Positions 12,826 through 27,219 of a DNA stretch of 64,000 nucleotides are shown in pieces. Within the stretch, counting starts at the first letter, position 1. Every line of letters begins with the position of its first letter. The stretch is from contig OX597825.1 in the NCBI GenBank assembly GCA_951406725.2, forward strand, positions 71,920,001-71,984,000. The letters run 5' to 3'. Source of the DNA: Octopus vulgaris (taxonomy: Eukaryota). Below the pieces are notes generated by a model. That model worked only from the letters and a program-made list of their open reading frames with translations. It searched no databases and had not been told where the DNA came from. The translations under genes and the position numbers were made by a program.

Positions 12826-13252
12826 ACTTACACACACACATATATGTATGTATGTATGCATTGTACAGATGAAAACTGCCCACTGTTTATCAGACGTTCA
12901 CAAATATTTCAATTTAAATGCAATCGAAGTTAACCTTATAACCCTTGGTTTAGCCGCTCCACCAATATATATCAACAAGAAGAATTTCGGATTCCTAAAT
13001 CCGCCCTTCATTTTATTTTAGTTTAGTTTAGTTTGCGTAATTATAGAAGTCATGTAGTGATGTTTTTATTTATTTCTTTTTTCAATGGAGTACCTCAAGA
13101 AATCATTAATAGTGCAAAAGGTTTCACATTGCCATCTTCATCCCTCGCCTGCTCTCTCTCTTTCTTCATCTCTCTCTCTTTTACGAGATGTTTGCCTTAG
13201 AACAATTGACTGTGTGGGGAAAGCAGCATAAGTTTGATGCACTGTACCCCGT

Positions 13253-13542
13253 GCGGTGAATCTTTGAATGTGGGATGTAACCCCACTCCTAGCTAGAGAT
13301 GGGTATGGAATATCTGCATTACTGAACCTATAGATCGTATGTAGTTGCTCCACCGGTTACCAATGTATCAGAGGTCCACAAGCTCAACCAGTGGCGTAGC
13401 TAGAGTGCATGTCACCCGGGGCAGCCCTTGAGTTTTCTACCGCGCTCCAAGCCTATACAGGCTTATGCAGCAGACCTAGATGTGTCGCCAGAGGCGGATC
13501 GCCCCATCCCTCGCCATCTGACACTACTCATCTTATCGCCCT
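13253..13542 (+). repeat. ~290-bp dispersed duplication, copy 2
   Basis: Near-identical to 10491-10776. Confidence 0.9.
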
Positions 13543-13976
13543 CACATCCCATTGCCCTCGTCCTCGCCTATCCTCGCTCCTCCTTGACCCCTCAGTGATA
13601 CAATGGCAACGATGCATTCTAATCATTTTAACCAATCTCATGTACGATTAGCTCTTGTTTTATAAACCAACGACGTTCAAAACAGATTTATGATCGACAA
13701 TTCAAAGAATCGGAATTGAATACTGCAACACATATAGTCTACTGTGTTAATGTTTCATTCACGCCTCTCCACTACCCTCATATTGTCGTTGAATGCTCGA
13801 AATGAGGAGTAGATAGACAGCCGACAACTGATAAGGGGTCCCTTTGCGTTAACTTGTCCTGTTTTACATTTTTTTCTCGTTTACGTATTGCACTCTTTTT
13901 TCCCTTGTATCTTTACTTATTATATGTTATTTGAACCGTTGGTGACGTCCTGTTTCCATATATGTATGTATATATG

Positions 13977-14033
<57 letters not shown>

Positions 14034-14351
14034 GAAAGAAGGTTTGAAAATGCAATTTAAAAGATGTTTATTCTGCTTAGGCAGAATTTTATTTTGGCAC
14101 AAGGCCAGCAATTTTTCGGAGCAGATGGAGAAGAAGAAGAAGAAGAAGAAGAAGAAGAAGAAGAAGAAGAAGAAGAAGAAGAAGAAGAAGAAGAAGAAGA
14201 AGAAGAAGAAGAAGAAGAAGAAGAAGAAGAAGAATCCTTTCTACTATAGGCACAATGCCTGAAATTTGGGGAAAGGGGTAAGCTGGTTGCATCGACATCA
14301 GAGGATGAGGATGATGAGGATGATGATGATAATGATGATGATGATGATGGA

Positions 14352-14700
14352 TCGCTTTGTCATAAGGGCCGAAAACATTTAGGATAAGACCATGACAAAG
14401 GAAAGTAGGGATTTATAGATTCTTGTGTAAAAATAAAACAATAACGATTAACAAGAAAACTAAGAAGAAAAAAATGCTTCCTCGGTAGTGGGGAGTACTA
14501 CTCAGGGACAACCCAGGTAACCCATCGATCCTGGGTTAGCATAGCTGCCATGGGCACCCATCACAGAGACGCACCTTTTCTCTCCTCCACTCACTCCAGC
14601 TTGCCAGGATGCGAACTCAGAGCAGGCCGACTCACTCGGACAGAGGAAAACTGACCACCTTGTCCGGCTGAGACGTTGATATATTTGCTCCCCTACTTTT
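14352..14700 (-). mobile_element. Probable Tx1-like LINE 3' UTR remnant containing a GC-rich structured segment
   Basis: 14357-14401 (TTGTCATAAGGGCC..AGACCATGACAAAGG) resembles the Tx1-like 3' end at 61349-61404; several stems in 14484-14697. Confidence 0.35.
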
Positions 14701-15043
14701 AGGGAAGAAGTGGGTTTTCTTTTCTTCTTAATAGTGACGTCACAGTCGCGTGGGAATCAAACGGGAGACGAAGCTATATGTGGGTGGTAAAAAAAAAAAG
14801 AAAAAGAAAAGAGAAAATTGTCAACACAAAAAGATAAAAACAAATAAACATAAACAAATGAAAATATCTTTATAAACACTGTGGTAGTCCCCTGTTCTCT
14901 CAATTGCTCACTAAACATTGATCCTTCCATGCTACTGTCTTCATCTAGTGTTGTCTTTTCTCTCTCGACCTCCTCGCTCTGATCAAGCGCATTTTTTCTT
15001 CTAAATCATTCTTCTTCTTCTTCTTCTTCTTCTTCTTCTTCTT

Positions 15044-15074
<31 letters not shown>

Positions 15075-15075
15075 A

Positions 15076-15144
<69 letters not shown>

Positions 15145-15161
15145 CATCAACATTATTATCA

Positions 15162-15294
<133 letters not shown>

Positions 15295-15381
15295 TGTTGT
15301 TGTTGTTTTTTATTGTATCTTGCCTTGTCGTGGTCAATAGGATTTGACGTGGGAAATTACTAATTATTTTGGTTGCTGATA

Positions 15382-15412
<31 letters not shown>

Positions 15413-15432
15413 AACATACATACATACACACA

Positions 15433-15510
<78 letters not shown>

Positions 15511-15538
15511 CAAACATACATACATACACAGATATATG

Positions 15539-15582
<44 letters not shown>

Positions 15583-15610
15583 CAAACATACATACATACA
15601 CAGATATATG

Positions 15611-15655
<45 letters not shown>

Positions 15656-16562
15656 AAACATACATACATACATACATACATACATACATACATACATACA
15701 TACATACATACACAAATATATGTATGTATACATATATATACATACATGCATGCATGTATACACACACACATATATAAGAAGAGAAAGAAAGAGGACCCTA
15801 TGTAAACTAACGATTTTAAAGATTGAAAGCACGCAGATCAGACGGAAGGATAATACGAGGTGTGGGCTGTTGTAATGAGACAAACTAGATAAATAAAATC
15901 AAATAGAGATAAAGTCGCCACACGACGGGGGTTATGTCTACAAGTTTCTGATATGCGCCATTTTCTGGGAACGACAGCTATACTTATTGTTTACATCGTT
16001 GTGTCCATGGTCAGCAAAAGAAAAGTTAGAAAATATAAAAAATAAAAATTGGCCGACCAACTATTATCACTTGATGCAGAGTCTCTATGTCGTCACTCAA
16101 TCTGCAAGATATAGCAGCTAAATCTCTGTCAAGTTATATACTATTATCCTAGTTGGCTCACATGATCTTGCGTTCATTATATATAGGATGACTATGTGAT
16201 GGTCGTGGATGGAATGAATTTGATATCATTAGTTTACTTGATCAGAGCTGACCTAAGGCTGTGAGAGAGAGAAAGAGAGAGAGAGAGAAAGAGAGAAAGA
16301 AAGAGAGTAGGAGAGAGAGATGGGAAAGAAAATTAGAGAAGGGAGAGATAGATAAGAGAGACGGAGATAAATAAGAGAAAGAGAAAGAAGAGAGAAATAG
16401 AGAAAAGAGAGGGAGACAGACAGAGATGAAGAGAGAGAGAGAGAGAAAGGAAGAGAAAGATGAAGAAGAGAGGATAGAGAACAAAATGAAAAGTGAGAGA
16501 TATAGACATGAGGGAGAAAAGTGAGAATCTAAGATGAAAGACAGGCATAGATAGATAGATGA

Positions 16563-16615
<53 letters not shown>

Positions 16616-17099
16616 CAGGAGGAAAGAAAAGGGGGGGAGAGAAAAGTGCAGTTTTTCCCCTTACTGATTTAATGTGACAACAGAAATCTCTGCCCGTCAT
16701 TGGATTAAACAAACAAGCGTGCATTGAACAATGCCGGCTGAAGATACACACTCATTCTGTCAGCGTATTTTGTAACAGGTCTATCTTTCTCTCCTTTTTG
16801 CTTCTATGTTTCTATGTTTCTTGTCCTTTATAATAGTTTACAAATGTCTTTCTTTCGTTCTTTGCTTTTTTCTTTTGTGCTTTTATTACTCCCTTTCCTT
16901 CGTTTCGAATCCCAGTATTCGGCCACATTGCAATGCTATCGGTTTCAACTTGATGAAAACGATGGTGAATAAAAAGCTCAGCTTGAATGTATGAAACGCT
17001 ATTCAATAAAATTCACCGATTATGGTAAATATATCCTTAACAATACCATCATCTTAGTTATCGCCACTCCTCCTCCTCCTCCTCCTCCTCCTCATCATC

Positions 17100-17156
<57 letters not shown>

Positions 17157-17223
17157 GTTATCGTCATCGTCGTCGTCATCGTCAGCGTCATCGTCATCGT
17201 CATCGTCATCTTCATCGTCATCG

Positions 17224-17282
<59 letters not shown>

Positions 17283-17319
17283 GTTATCGTCATCGTCGTC
17301 GTCATCGTCATCGTCATCG

Positions 17320-17393
<74 letters not shown>

Positions 17394-17624
17394 GGTTCGT
17401 CATCTTCATCCTTTGGCGACTCCAGCCCAGATAGACCATGCAACCCTTTCTCGGAGCTCAAATCCTGCATTACCACGCGGCGATTTCATAGTTCACATCT
17501 TTGAATCCCCGGTGATGACATCTGGAAAGAAGAATTTGCGAGATTTCCACACTGTTTGGTCGAGGTGTTCGAAGTGTGAACGATGACTCTGCCTCTTCTT
17601 TTGCTCACTGTTTATGAGGCGGTG

Positions 17625-17671
<47 letters not shown>

Positions 17672-17879
17672 TAACTCAATTTGAAATTTACCATCATTGG
17701 AAAATAGAGAACAATTCAGTTTTTTCCTTTCGCTTACGTTGCCTGGAGTGTATAACCAATGTCGTCTCTTGACATCCTTGTGTTTGTAGGGAACCTCTGT
17801 CAGTCAAGGTTCACCATTTCCCAGCACACATGCATAGAACTCGTCAAAATGCTTCTTTTGTTCTTTTTTTCTTTTTATT

Positions 17880-18337
17880 TTAGGAGGATCTTTCCTTTAA
17901 CTTGAAAATACCTTCTTCCCAGAATTGAGGTGGTTTCATGGCAACGAAGTCACCAAGGTATCTTTTTACGTCATTCAAGGAATTGAAATTTCTACCATTA
18001 AGACTATTCTGCAAAGACCTGAATAAGTGGAAATCTGGAGGAACAATATCTGGTGAATATGGAGGGTGGGGTAACACATCCCAGCAGAGCTGTTGCAATT
18101 TTTGTCTGGTTCCCAAAGCATCAAGTGCCGAAAATGAACTTTCTTATCTTCCATTTTAAAAGGGTTACAGAATTAACACAGGTTATAGGAACATAAACCT
18201 TCTTCCACGAAAAGATAGCTTAAACTGTGCTTTAAATGGAGGTGTAGTCAAATCCTATTTTATGGACCCAACCATGTTCTAAAATAAGTCGAAATGTAAG
18301 CTACTATAAATCGGCACGAACTTACCGGACAACCCAA
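17880..18337 (-). mobile_element. mariner (DD34D-type) remnant with a large internal deletion
   Basis: TA then TIR TTGGGTTGTCCGGTAAGTTCGTGCCG; N-terminus MEDKKVHFRHLMLWE joined to C-terminal WDVLPHPPYSPDIVPPDFHLFRSLQNSL. Confidence 0.9.
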
Positions 18338-18689
18338 TATTATATATTTTTTACAACAGACTGATTTTATGCAAGACAATTTTTCCACACACTCGGGGAT
18401 CATATACATTATAAAACAATAAAGTGCATAGCATACTATTTGCTTATTACATACGTAATCTTTTATCTTTTTTTTTTTCTTGTTTCAGTCAAATGACTAA
18501 AACAAGAAAGAGACAAAGCCAATAATTCTTGGGGGAAAAGAGTCGGCCGATTACTTGATATGTACTTCATTTAATCGACCTCGGACGGATGAAAGGCAAA
18601 GCTGAACCTGGAAGATACACCGCGAAGCAATTTTCTTGGATGCACTAAAGAATCTGCCACCTCTTCGATATTACTGCTGTTGCTACTGC

Positions 18690-19227
<538 letters not shown>

Positions 19228-19234
19228 GATACTA

Positions 19235-19490
19235 TCTTTTACTCTTTTACTTGTTTCAGTCATTTGACTGTGGCCATGCTGGAGCACCGCCTTGAGTCGA
19301 GCAAATCGACCCCAGGACTTATTCTTTGTAAGCCTAGTACTTATTCTATCGGTCTCTTTTTGCCGAACCGCTAAGTTACGGGAACGTAAACACACCAGCA
19401 TCGGTTGTCAAGTGATGTTGGGGTGGGGGACACAAACACAGACACACAAACATAATATTCTCACACATACATACATATATATGACGGGCT
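19235..19490 (-). mobile_element. SINE family 1, 3' half
   Basis: CTTTTACTTGTTTCAGTCATTTGACTG... is the reverse complement of the family tail. Confidence 0.9.
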
Positions 19491-19768
19491 GATAATGATT
19501 TCTTTATTAACCATCAGGGTTTACATGAAGAAAACATTATGGACAGCACAGGATAAAGCCCCTCCCCCCCCAAAAAATATGTGTGTGTATGTGTGTGAGT
19601 GTGAGTAGTTGTGAGGGTTTTGCGTATAAACAAGACTAATAAAATTGAGAAAAAAAAAATAAAAAAAGGGATCAACAATATGCAATCCTCAATAACAGTA
19701 ATTTCTTATTTAGGCACCAGGCTAGAAATTTCTTGAAGGAGTTCACAGGTACTTTATTTTATTTTCCC

Positions 19769-20243
<475 letters not shown>

Positions 20244-20992
20244 GATGAAAAGCAAAGTAGGCCTCGACAGGATTTGAACTCCGAACGTAAAGATCCAGAA
20301 CAAATACCGTAAAACATCTTTTTCCGGTTGTTGAACAAGAAGTAGGCGATAGCATGTCACTTCCTATTGCTCTACTAATAACAACTTTAAAGGCATAAAT
20401 ATCAAGCTACCGAATTAATGAAGAGCTTTTGTGTTTAGTCAACAAGAGACCAACAACCTTGCTGAGAAAAAGCATAATCTTCACAGCTTGTTAATCTTCC
20501 TCGTCTACTAAAAACTTAACATTTCATGTGCCATGTAAGAAATAATTATATATATTTGCTGTTGTTTGTGTATATGTCAATACTTGGGTGTTTATATACT
20601 GGCATGAGTGTGTGTGTGTGTACGTGTGCTTATGTATGCGAAATATATTCGTATATGTGTGTGTGTGAATGTTTGTACATGATTGAGTGAGCGTGGGAGT
20701 TGAGTGCGTGCGGTTTTAGATGCGGTTGCGACGCGAACTGTTCAATTATGTGTCGCCTGCTTGTCTGTTGGCTAGTTGCATTGGACAAAAGGTGACCATA
20801 TAAAGTGACCGGTTCACCAGCTAGTCCTTATAGAAATTACAAGATGACCACCTATACGAGACAAAAGCCTATCGCATACAAATGTGGATATCCACACAAG
20901 AGTACAAAACATATGTAAACACACTGGCATATATATATATATATATCGTTAGCTCCTACACGCATTTTTTTCTCTTTGTTTTTTTCTGTGTA

Positions 20993-21030
20993 TCTTTCTG
21001 TCGAAGAGCGTAGGCTCGAAACGTAAAAGA
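20993..21030 (+). ncRNA. Minimal hammerhead-like motif (core variant CUGUCGA) in a ~180-bp (TA)n-flanked element
   Basis: TCTTT-CTGTCGA-A-GAGC gtag GCTC-GAAA-C-GTA-AAAGA; stems I and II pair. Confidence 0.5.
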
Positions 21031-21141
21031 CTTTTTCTATTTCTATTCCTGAGCGCTATACTAATACATTTTGTTTGTACTCCACCTGCCTTCGTCTTTT
21101 GTTTATTTTCGTAAACTTTCCCGTTATATATATATATCCCG

Positions 21142-21200
<59 letters not shown>

Positions 21201-21964
21201 TAAATGCTGACATTCATTGACATACAGATAAAAGCCCTACCAACACATGTTCATAAGGACAATTGCACACAAACATACACCCACGCACTTACACATACAT
21301 ATTCATACAAACATACATGCATTCGATGAGCTAATAAATACATGTACTTCCGCATATACATATATTTACATGTATATATAATATATATGTGTGTGTGCGT
21401 GTGTGAGTGTATGTGTGTGTTGTATGCAGACGAGTATACATTTATATATGTACATATATGTATATAAATATGACCAAAGATACACAACAACAGAATTTGC
21501 ACTATTCTACTGCAACAGGAAATCAAAGGCTTTCTGCTTACTAGCTTATTAGGTTAGCAGAAAAACTTCAAAGTAGCGTGCGGTATGCGAGATGGGCGGA
21601 CCGCGCAAGGCGGCCACATTGGTGATAGCGGTGGTAGTTGTAGTGGTTTGGCGATATATATGATGAAGCAGTGTCAGATTTAAGGAAGTGGGTAGTCAAT
21701 TCGGTTACCAGATCGGCCAAAACCTCTCCCATGCCACTGCTTTTAAGTGGCAGTGGCATAGATAACCAGAGCAGTCTATCGTGGGTCAAAGCCCATTACA
21801 TTGGCTCTGCTTTTGAAAGATTTTTTGCAATTCAGGAACAAGAAATTGTGACAAAATATCTAACATGCAAGATCTAGTTTGCTTTTTTTTAAAGAAGTTT
21901 TGGTGCTCTCTCGACGGGCGACACATGAGGCAGTCAAAATACTCCAACAAAATCGGTCAGCGAT

Positions 21965-22175
21965 CTTTGGCAGAATCGTTTAGTACGCCAGACAAAATGC
22001 TTAACGGAATTCCTTCCGGTTTTACACTCTGAGTTCAATTTCTGCCGAAGTCGACTTTGTCTTTCATCTTTTCATGATCGATAAAATAAGTACCAGTTGA
22101 GCAGTGGGGTCGATGCAATCGACTAATCTCCTTCCCCTAAATTTCAGGCCTCGTACCTGTAGTAAAAATGATTAT
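21965..22175 (+). mobile_element. SINE family 2, alternative tail type
   Basis: TGGCAGAATCGTTTAG...GTCGACTTTGTCTTTCATC...AATCGACTAATCTCCTTCCCCTAAATTTCAGGCC. Confidence 0.75.
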
Positions 22176-22391
22176 ATGTGCGTGGGGCCGGATGACAAAG
22201 TTGTTAAAGAGTTGGATAGAGTGTTTCGCAATATTTGTTGACTCACAGCACACCGAGTTCATATCTGATCTGATTCACATCACACTGGGGTTAAACTTGC
22301 CTTTCATCTTATCAGAGTTGGTGAAAATTATTAATCCAAGAACAACAGTTACAGTGTTACATCACCAGACAGAATTTCTTGTATAATAAAG

Positions 22392-22698
22392 AGGAGTGGC
22401 TGTGTGGTAAGTAGCTTGCTTACCAACCACATGGTTCCGGGTTCAGTTCCACTGCGTAGCACTTTGGGCAAGTATCTTCTAGTATAACCTCGGGCTGACG
22501 AAAGCCTTGCGAGTGGATTTTGTAGACGGAAACTGGAAGAAACCCGTCGTATATATGTATATATATATATAGATATATATATGTATACACGTATGTGTGT
22601 GTATATGTTTGTCTGTGCTTGTCCCCCCAACATCGCTTGACAACCGATGCTGGTGTGTTTACGTCCCCGTAACCTAGCGTTTCAGCAAAAGAGACCAT
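22392..22698 (+). mobile_element. SINE family 1, 3'-truncated
   Basis: GGAGTGGCTGTGTGGTAAGTAGCTTGCTTACCAACC...AAAAGAGACC. Confidence 0.9.
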
Positions 22699-23434
22699 CA
22701 TCTCTACCGTCCCCATTACCTGCGCTGTGACCACCACCACTATCACCATCACCACCATCACCACCACCACTAACACTAGCACTGTTATCACCGCAACTTC
22801 AGACACCACCATTGCCTGGACTGTGATTCCCATTACCACTACCATCACCTACGACGACACCACCCCACCACTCCATCACCACAGCCACCACCACCGCCAT
22901 CACCACCATCAATACCAGCACCAGCACCAGCACCAGCATCACCACCATCACCACTACAGCCATTGCCATTACCTGCACTGTTACTACCATCGCCACCACC
23001 ACCTCTGCCACTTCCGTCAACGTTGCCGCAAGCACCACCCCAGCCGACGTCTTCCGTTGAAATGTAGCAGATAACCCGTGTAAGTCTGACATCAGTAGCT
23101 TTGTGGGTGTCCTTCAGTGACCACGCCTACCTCAGTAACTAATTCGGACCACCGCTGGACAACGGTCAACAATGTAAAGGTCAAATTATATTATCAAACT
23201 GTAATTTGAAGTATTAAGCAGCGTTAAGTGTTACCCCTGTTGTTACAGTTGTTGATGTTGTTGTCGTTGTTGTTTTTGAAATGTAGATAGTGGTAGTGGT
23301 GATGGTAGTGGTGGTGGTGGTGGTGGTGGTTATGGGGTGGTGGGGTGGTGTCGTCGTAGGTGGTGAATTTTGTGGTGGTGAGAAAGTTGCAGTTATTGGG
23401 ATCAGGTTACATTTCATACTTACGGATTAATAGG

Positions 23435-23472
<38 letters not shown>

Positions 23473-24066
23473 CAACAACACCGCCAACAACAACAACAAC
23501 ACCACCAACAACAACAACAGCAACACCAACAACAGCAACACCAACAGCAGCAACAATTATAACACTAATAAGACTAATAACAATATTAGCAACAGCAACA
23601 ACAATAATAAAAACAACAAAACTATAAGAAACAATAAAGATTTAAGAAATTTAAGAAATTTAAGAAACAACCACATCAGTGACGGCAGCAATAACAACAG
23701 CAACAAAACAGCAGCAGCAGCAACAACAACAACAGAGACAATGAAAGAAAACACACACACAAACACACACACACACACACGCACGCACGCACGCACAAGA
23801 TAACAGGTTATTGGGCGCTGTCTTTCCGTTCAAAACAGTAGCCATGAGCAGAGGTGTCCTTCTTAGTAACCTTCGAGTTCCTATGTCGCAGATGTGTAAT
23901 GTACAATCTGAGCTTATGTTCTCACCCCATTCTCATTTTTTAAACCTGAACACGGTACACAGCAAAATGGTATAATTTAAATATATTAAGCCTTCATTCT
24001 TCTTCTCGAGGATCTTCTTTTCTTTTCTTTTCTTTTCTTTTCTTTTCTTTTCTTTTATGTATTTCT

Positions 24067-24186
24067 CCACTCTGATGAAGCTCCATGTTCCAGATGGGAT
24101 GTGCTACAAAATATGACGAATATTATTCTCAGAATATTCAATGGCAACACCGTAGAGCATCGGAAGTAGAAACGGCTGTTAGATGG
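24067..24186 (+). ncRNA. Degenerate type I hammerhead-like motif with long stem II
   Basis: CTGATGA at 24072-24078, GAAA at 24169-24172, then CGGCTG-TT; ATGTTC/GAGCAT and GAATATT/AATATTC pairings; same downstream TAAAGTTTT.TATTAAA as the 57.4-kb copy. Confidence 0.45.
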
Positions 24187-24677
24187 GATAAAGTTTTGTA
24201 TTAAAAAGTAATAGTCGATATTACTCAATTGTTGTTGATCAACATTTCTCCATTTTCTGCTTAATTTATGCATATATGATAGCTGTGTACCATACTTAAC
24301 TGAACTGGAAAAACATGAAGAACATATATGTGTGTGTGTGATATATATATATATAGTTATATATAGTTTATATATATTAACATACACACACGACACGCAC
24401 GTGCGCGTACACACACATAAACACGCAAGTTTGAATTGAATTTTTTCAAGAAAATCGTTGACAGTGACATTCAAACTTCTAGTAGCCCTTATCAGAATAT
24501 ATCCGATGAGAGTGAACAAGCCGAAACGTTGAAGACACGGTTATCAAACGTATATACATGAAATAAACATACATACACACATATGCGGGTGTGTGTATGT
24601 GACTGTACATGTAAGTTAGTGTATGCATCTGTATCTATCATGAATACGTTCATGTAAGCATGTATGAATGTCTACAC

Positions 24678-24741
<64 letters not shown>

Positions 24742-24775
24742 GCACCCACACACATATACACATGTTTATATATAG

Positions 24776-25003
24776 TTCTTTACTACCCACAAGGGGCTAA
24801 ACACAGAGGGGACAAACAAGGACAGACAAAGGGATTAAGTCGATTCTATCGACCCCAGTGCGTAACTGGTACTTAATTTATCGACCCCGAAATGATGAAA
24901 GGCAAAGTCAACCTCGGCGGAATTTGAACTCAGAACGTAACGGCAGACGAAATACGGCTTCGCATTTCGCCCGGCGTGCTACCGTTTCTGCCAGCTCGCC
25001 GCC
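24776..25003 (-). mobile_element. SINE family 2, full length
   Basis: CCCACAAGGGGCTAAAC...GGAATTTGAACTCAGAACG...CTGCCAGCTCGCCGCC. Confidence 0.9.
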
Positions 25004-25454
25004 CTATAAACACAAGTTTATATATATGTATGTATGCATGAATGTATGTACGTATATATGTGTGTAGAAATTGATGTATGTATGCTACCGAGTTCTCGAT
25101 ATTATTTAGCCTCTTCCTCGTCTTCCTTTCGTTACACCAAACCTCCAAACATCCTATTTCTCATTTTGTTATCCGTCGATGGTATATTAATTGAATAGAC
25201 ACCTCCAGTCTCCGAAAACTTTCACAATAGCTTTGCTTAATGCTATATTATTCGGTCCATGTGCTCTTGTGAGGTTTCCATAAATATATGAGAATATGAG
25301 TCAATAAGAACAAAAATTATCAACATAAAAAAAAGCAAAGCAAAGCAAAACGCAGTTAAAAAAAAAGCTTACATCAACCACGAATACAATAATAGATATT
25401 CATGTACGTAAGTATAATATGCGTTATGGTATGTATTTGTGTGCGCACGCACAC

Positions 25455-25531
<77 letters not shown>

Positions 25532-25640
25532 TGAATAAATAATGTGTTGGTATATGTATACACACATATATATATACACATATACATACATGCATATATG
25601 AATTTATCCATCTATACTATAGACAATATGTGTGTTTATG

Positions 25641-25673
<33 letters not shown>

Positions 25674-25745
25674 ATAAATATTTATATATTTATATATACA
25701 CCACATATGTATGTATATATATATATATATAAATATATAGATATA

Positions 25746-25796
<51 letters not shown>

Positions 25797-26466
25797 TTAA
25801 ATATCACAAAGTACAATAAATACAGCTACATTGAGATTTATGTACAATCTATACACACACACATACACACTAAACACACAAATGCACAAGCACAAGAATA
25901 CATACACACGCATACACGCTCGCACACACACGTACGCACACACACACACGTACGCACACACACACACGTACGCACACACACACACGTACGCACACACACA
26001 CACACGTACGCACACACACACACACACACACATAAGAACTAATATACACACATATTTATACACATGCATGCATAGGCAAAAATATAGATCACAGTACAAT
26101 AAACACAATCACGCAACATGTGTGTGTGTGCGTGTGTGTGTGTATGTGTGTATGTGTGTATACACGATTGTATGCTTGTATGGTTTTATATATATGTGTA
26201 TATAAAGACTGGTGTTATATCTATGGTATTGATCATAATATATCACATAAATGCTTAAATTCAAATGAAGCCATTTTATTCAATACATTTCTATGGTCGA
26301 ATTTAAAAGCTCTGAATCATACGAAAGTATATAATATGACGAAGAGACACTTTATGTATGTACTTACGTATGTGTGTATAACTATAGACGTATGAACATA
26401 TATTGGTATACGTATATCTATGCATAATCTATGTACAGTTATCATATATATATATATATATCACTT

Positions 26467-26504
<38 letters not shown>

Positions 26505-26509
26505 TCATA

Positions 26510-26548
<39 letters not shown>

Positions 26549-26663
26549 GTATGATGTATGTATTTATGTAAGTATGATGTATGTATGTATATGTACAATA
26601 CTTTTAAGAGACAACCAAACTACCTGCATATTTACACGCACTTCTACGAATAGGATTCAACTT

Positions 26664-26711
<48 letters not shown>

Positions 26712-26777
26712 CGTATGCATGTATGTATGTATATATGTATATATGTATTTATGTTTGTATGTATGTATATATATATA

Positions 26778-26824
<47 letters not shown>

Positions 26825-27088
26825 CTGTATATATATATATGTGTGTGTTTGTACATATATATGTGTATATACATATGTGTGTTTGAGTGTGTATATATGA
26901 TGTATAAGAGATTTACCCATATATAAATCTGTACCAAAAGATTTATGTATTTATATTCATACAAACATAGGTATACATGCACACTCTCACACAAACATAC
27001 ACATACTCACACACACTCACATACACTCACACACACGCGCGCACACGTACACACGTTCATATGTATATGTGTGTGCATGTATACATAC

Positions 27089-27161
<73 letters not shown>

Positions 27162-27185
27162 TATATATGTGTACATATATATATG

Positions 27186-27219
<34 letters not shown>

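Noticed and set aside
14510-14545. Telomerase RNA template (CTAACCC on the minus strand)
   Set aside because: Only 7 nt match, the next base breaks the TTAGGG register, and it lies within a hairpin stem
14734-14743. Perfect CRE palindrome GTGACGTCAC
   Set aside because: A single short motif with no promoter context; expected by chance in 64 kb
16991-17434. Poly-His ORF resembling a histidine-rich or metal-binding protein
   Set aside because: Pure (CAT)n/(CGT)n tract with no codon variation, signal peptide or splice support
17395-17610. Unique segments following minus-strand AG sites (here and 23800-23946) as coding exons
   Set aside because: Stops in the candidate frames, no convincing donor sites and no recognisable protein similarity
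24500-24535. CCGATGA...GAAACGTT hammerhead-like spacing
   Set aside because: Core is mutated and neither stem I nor stem II pairs
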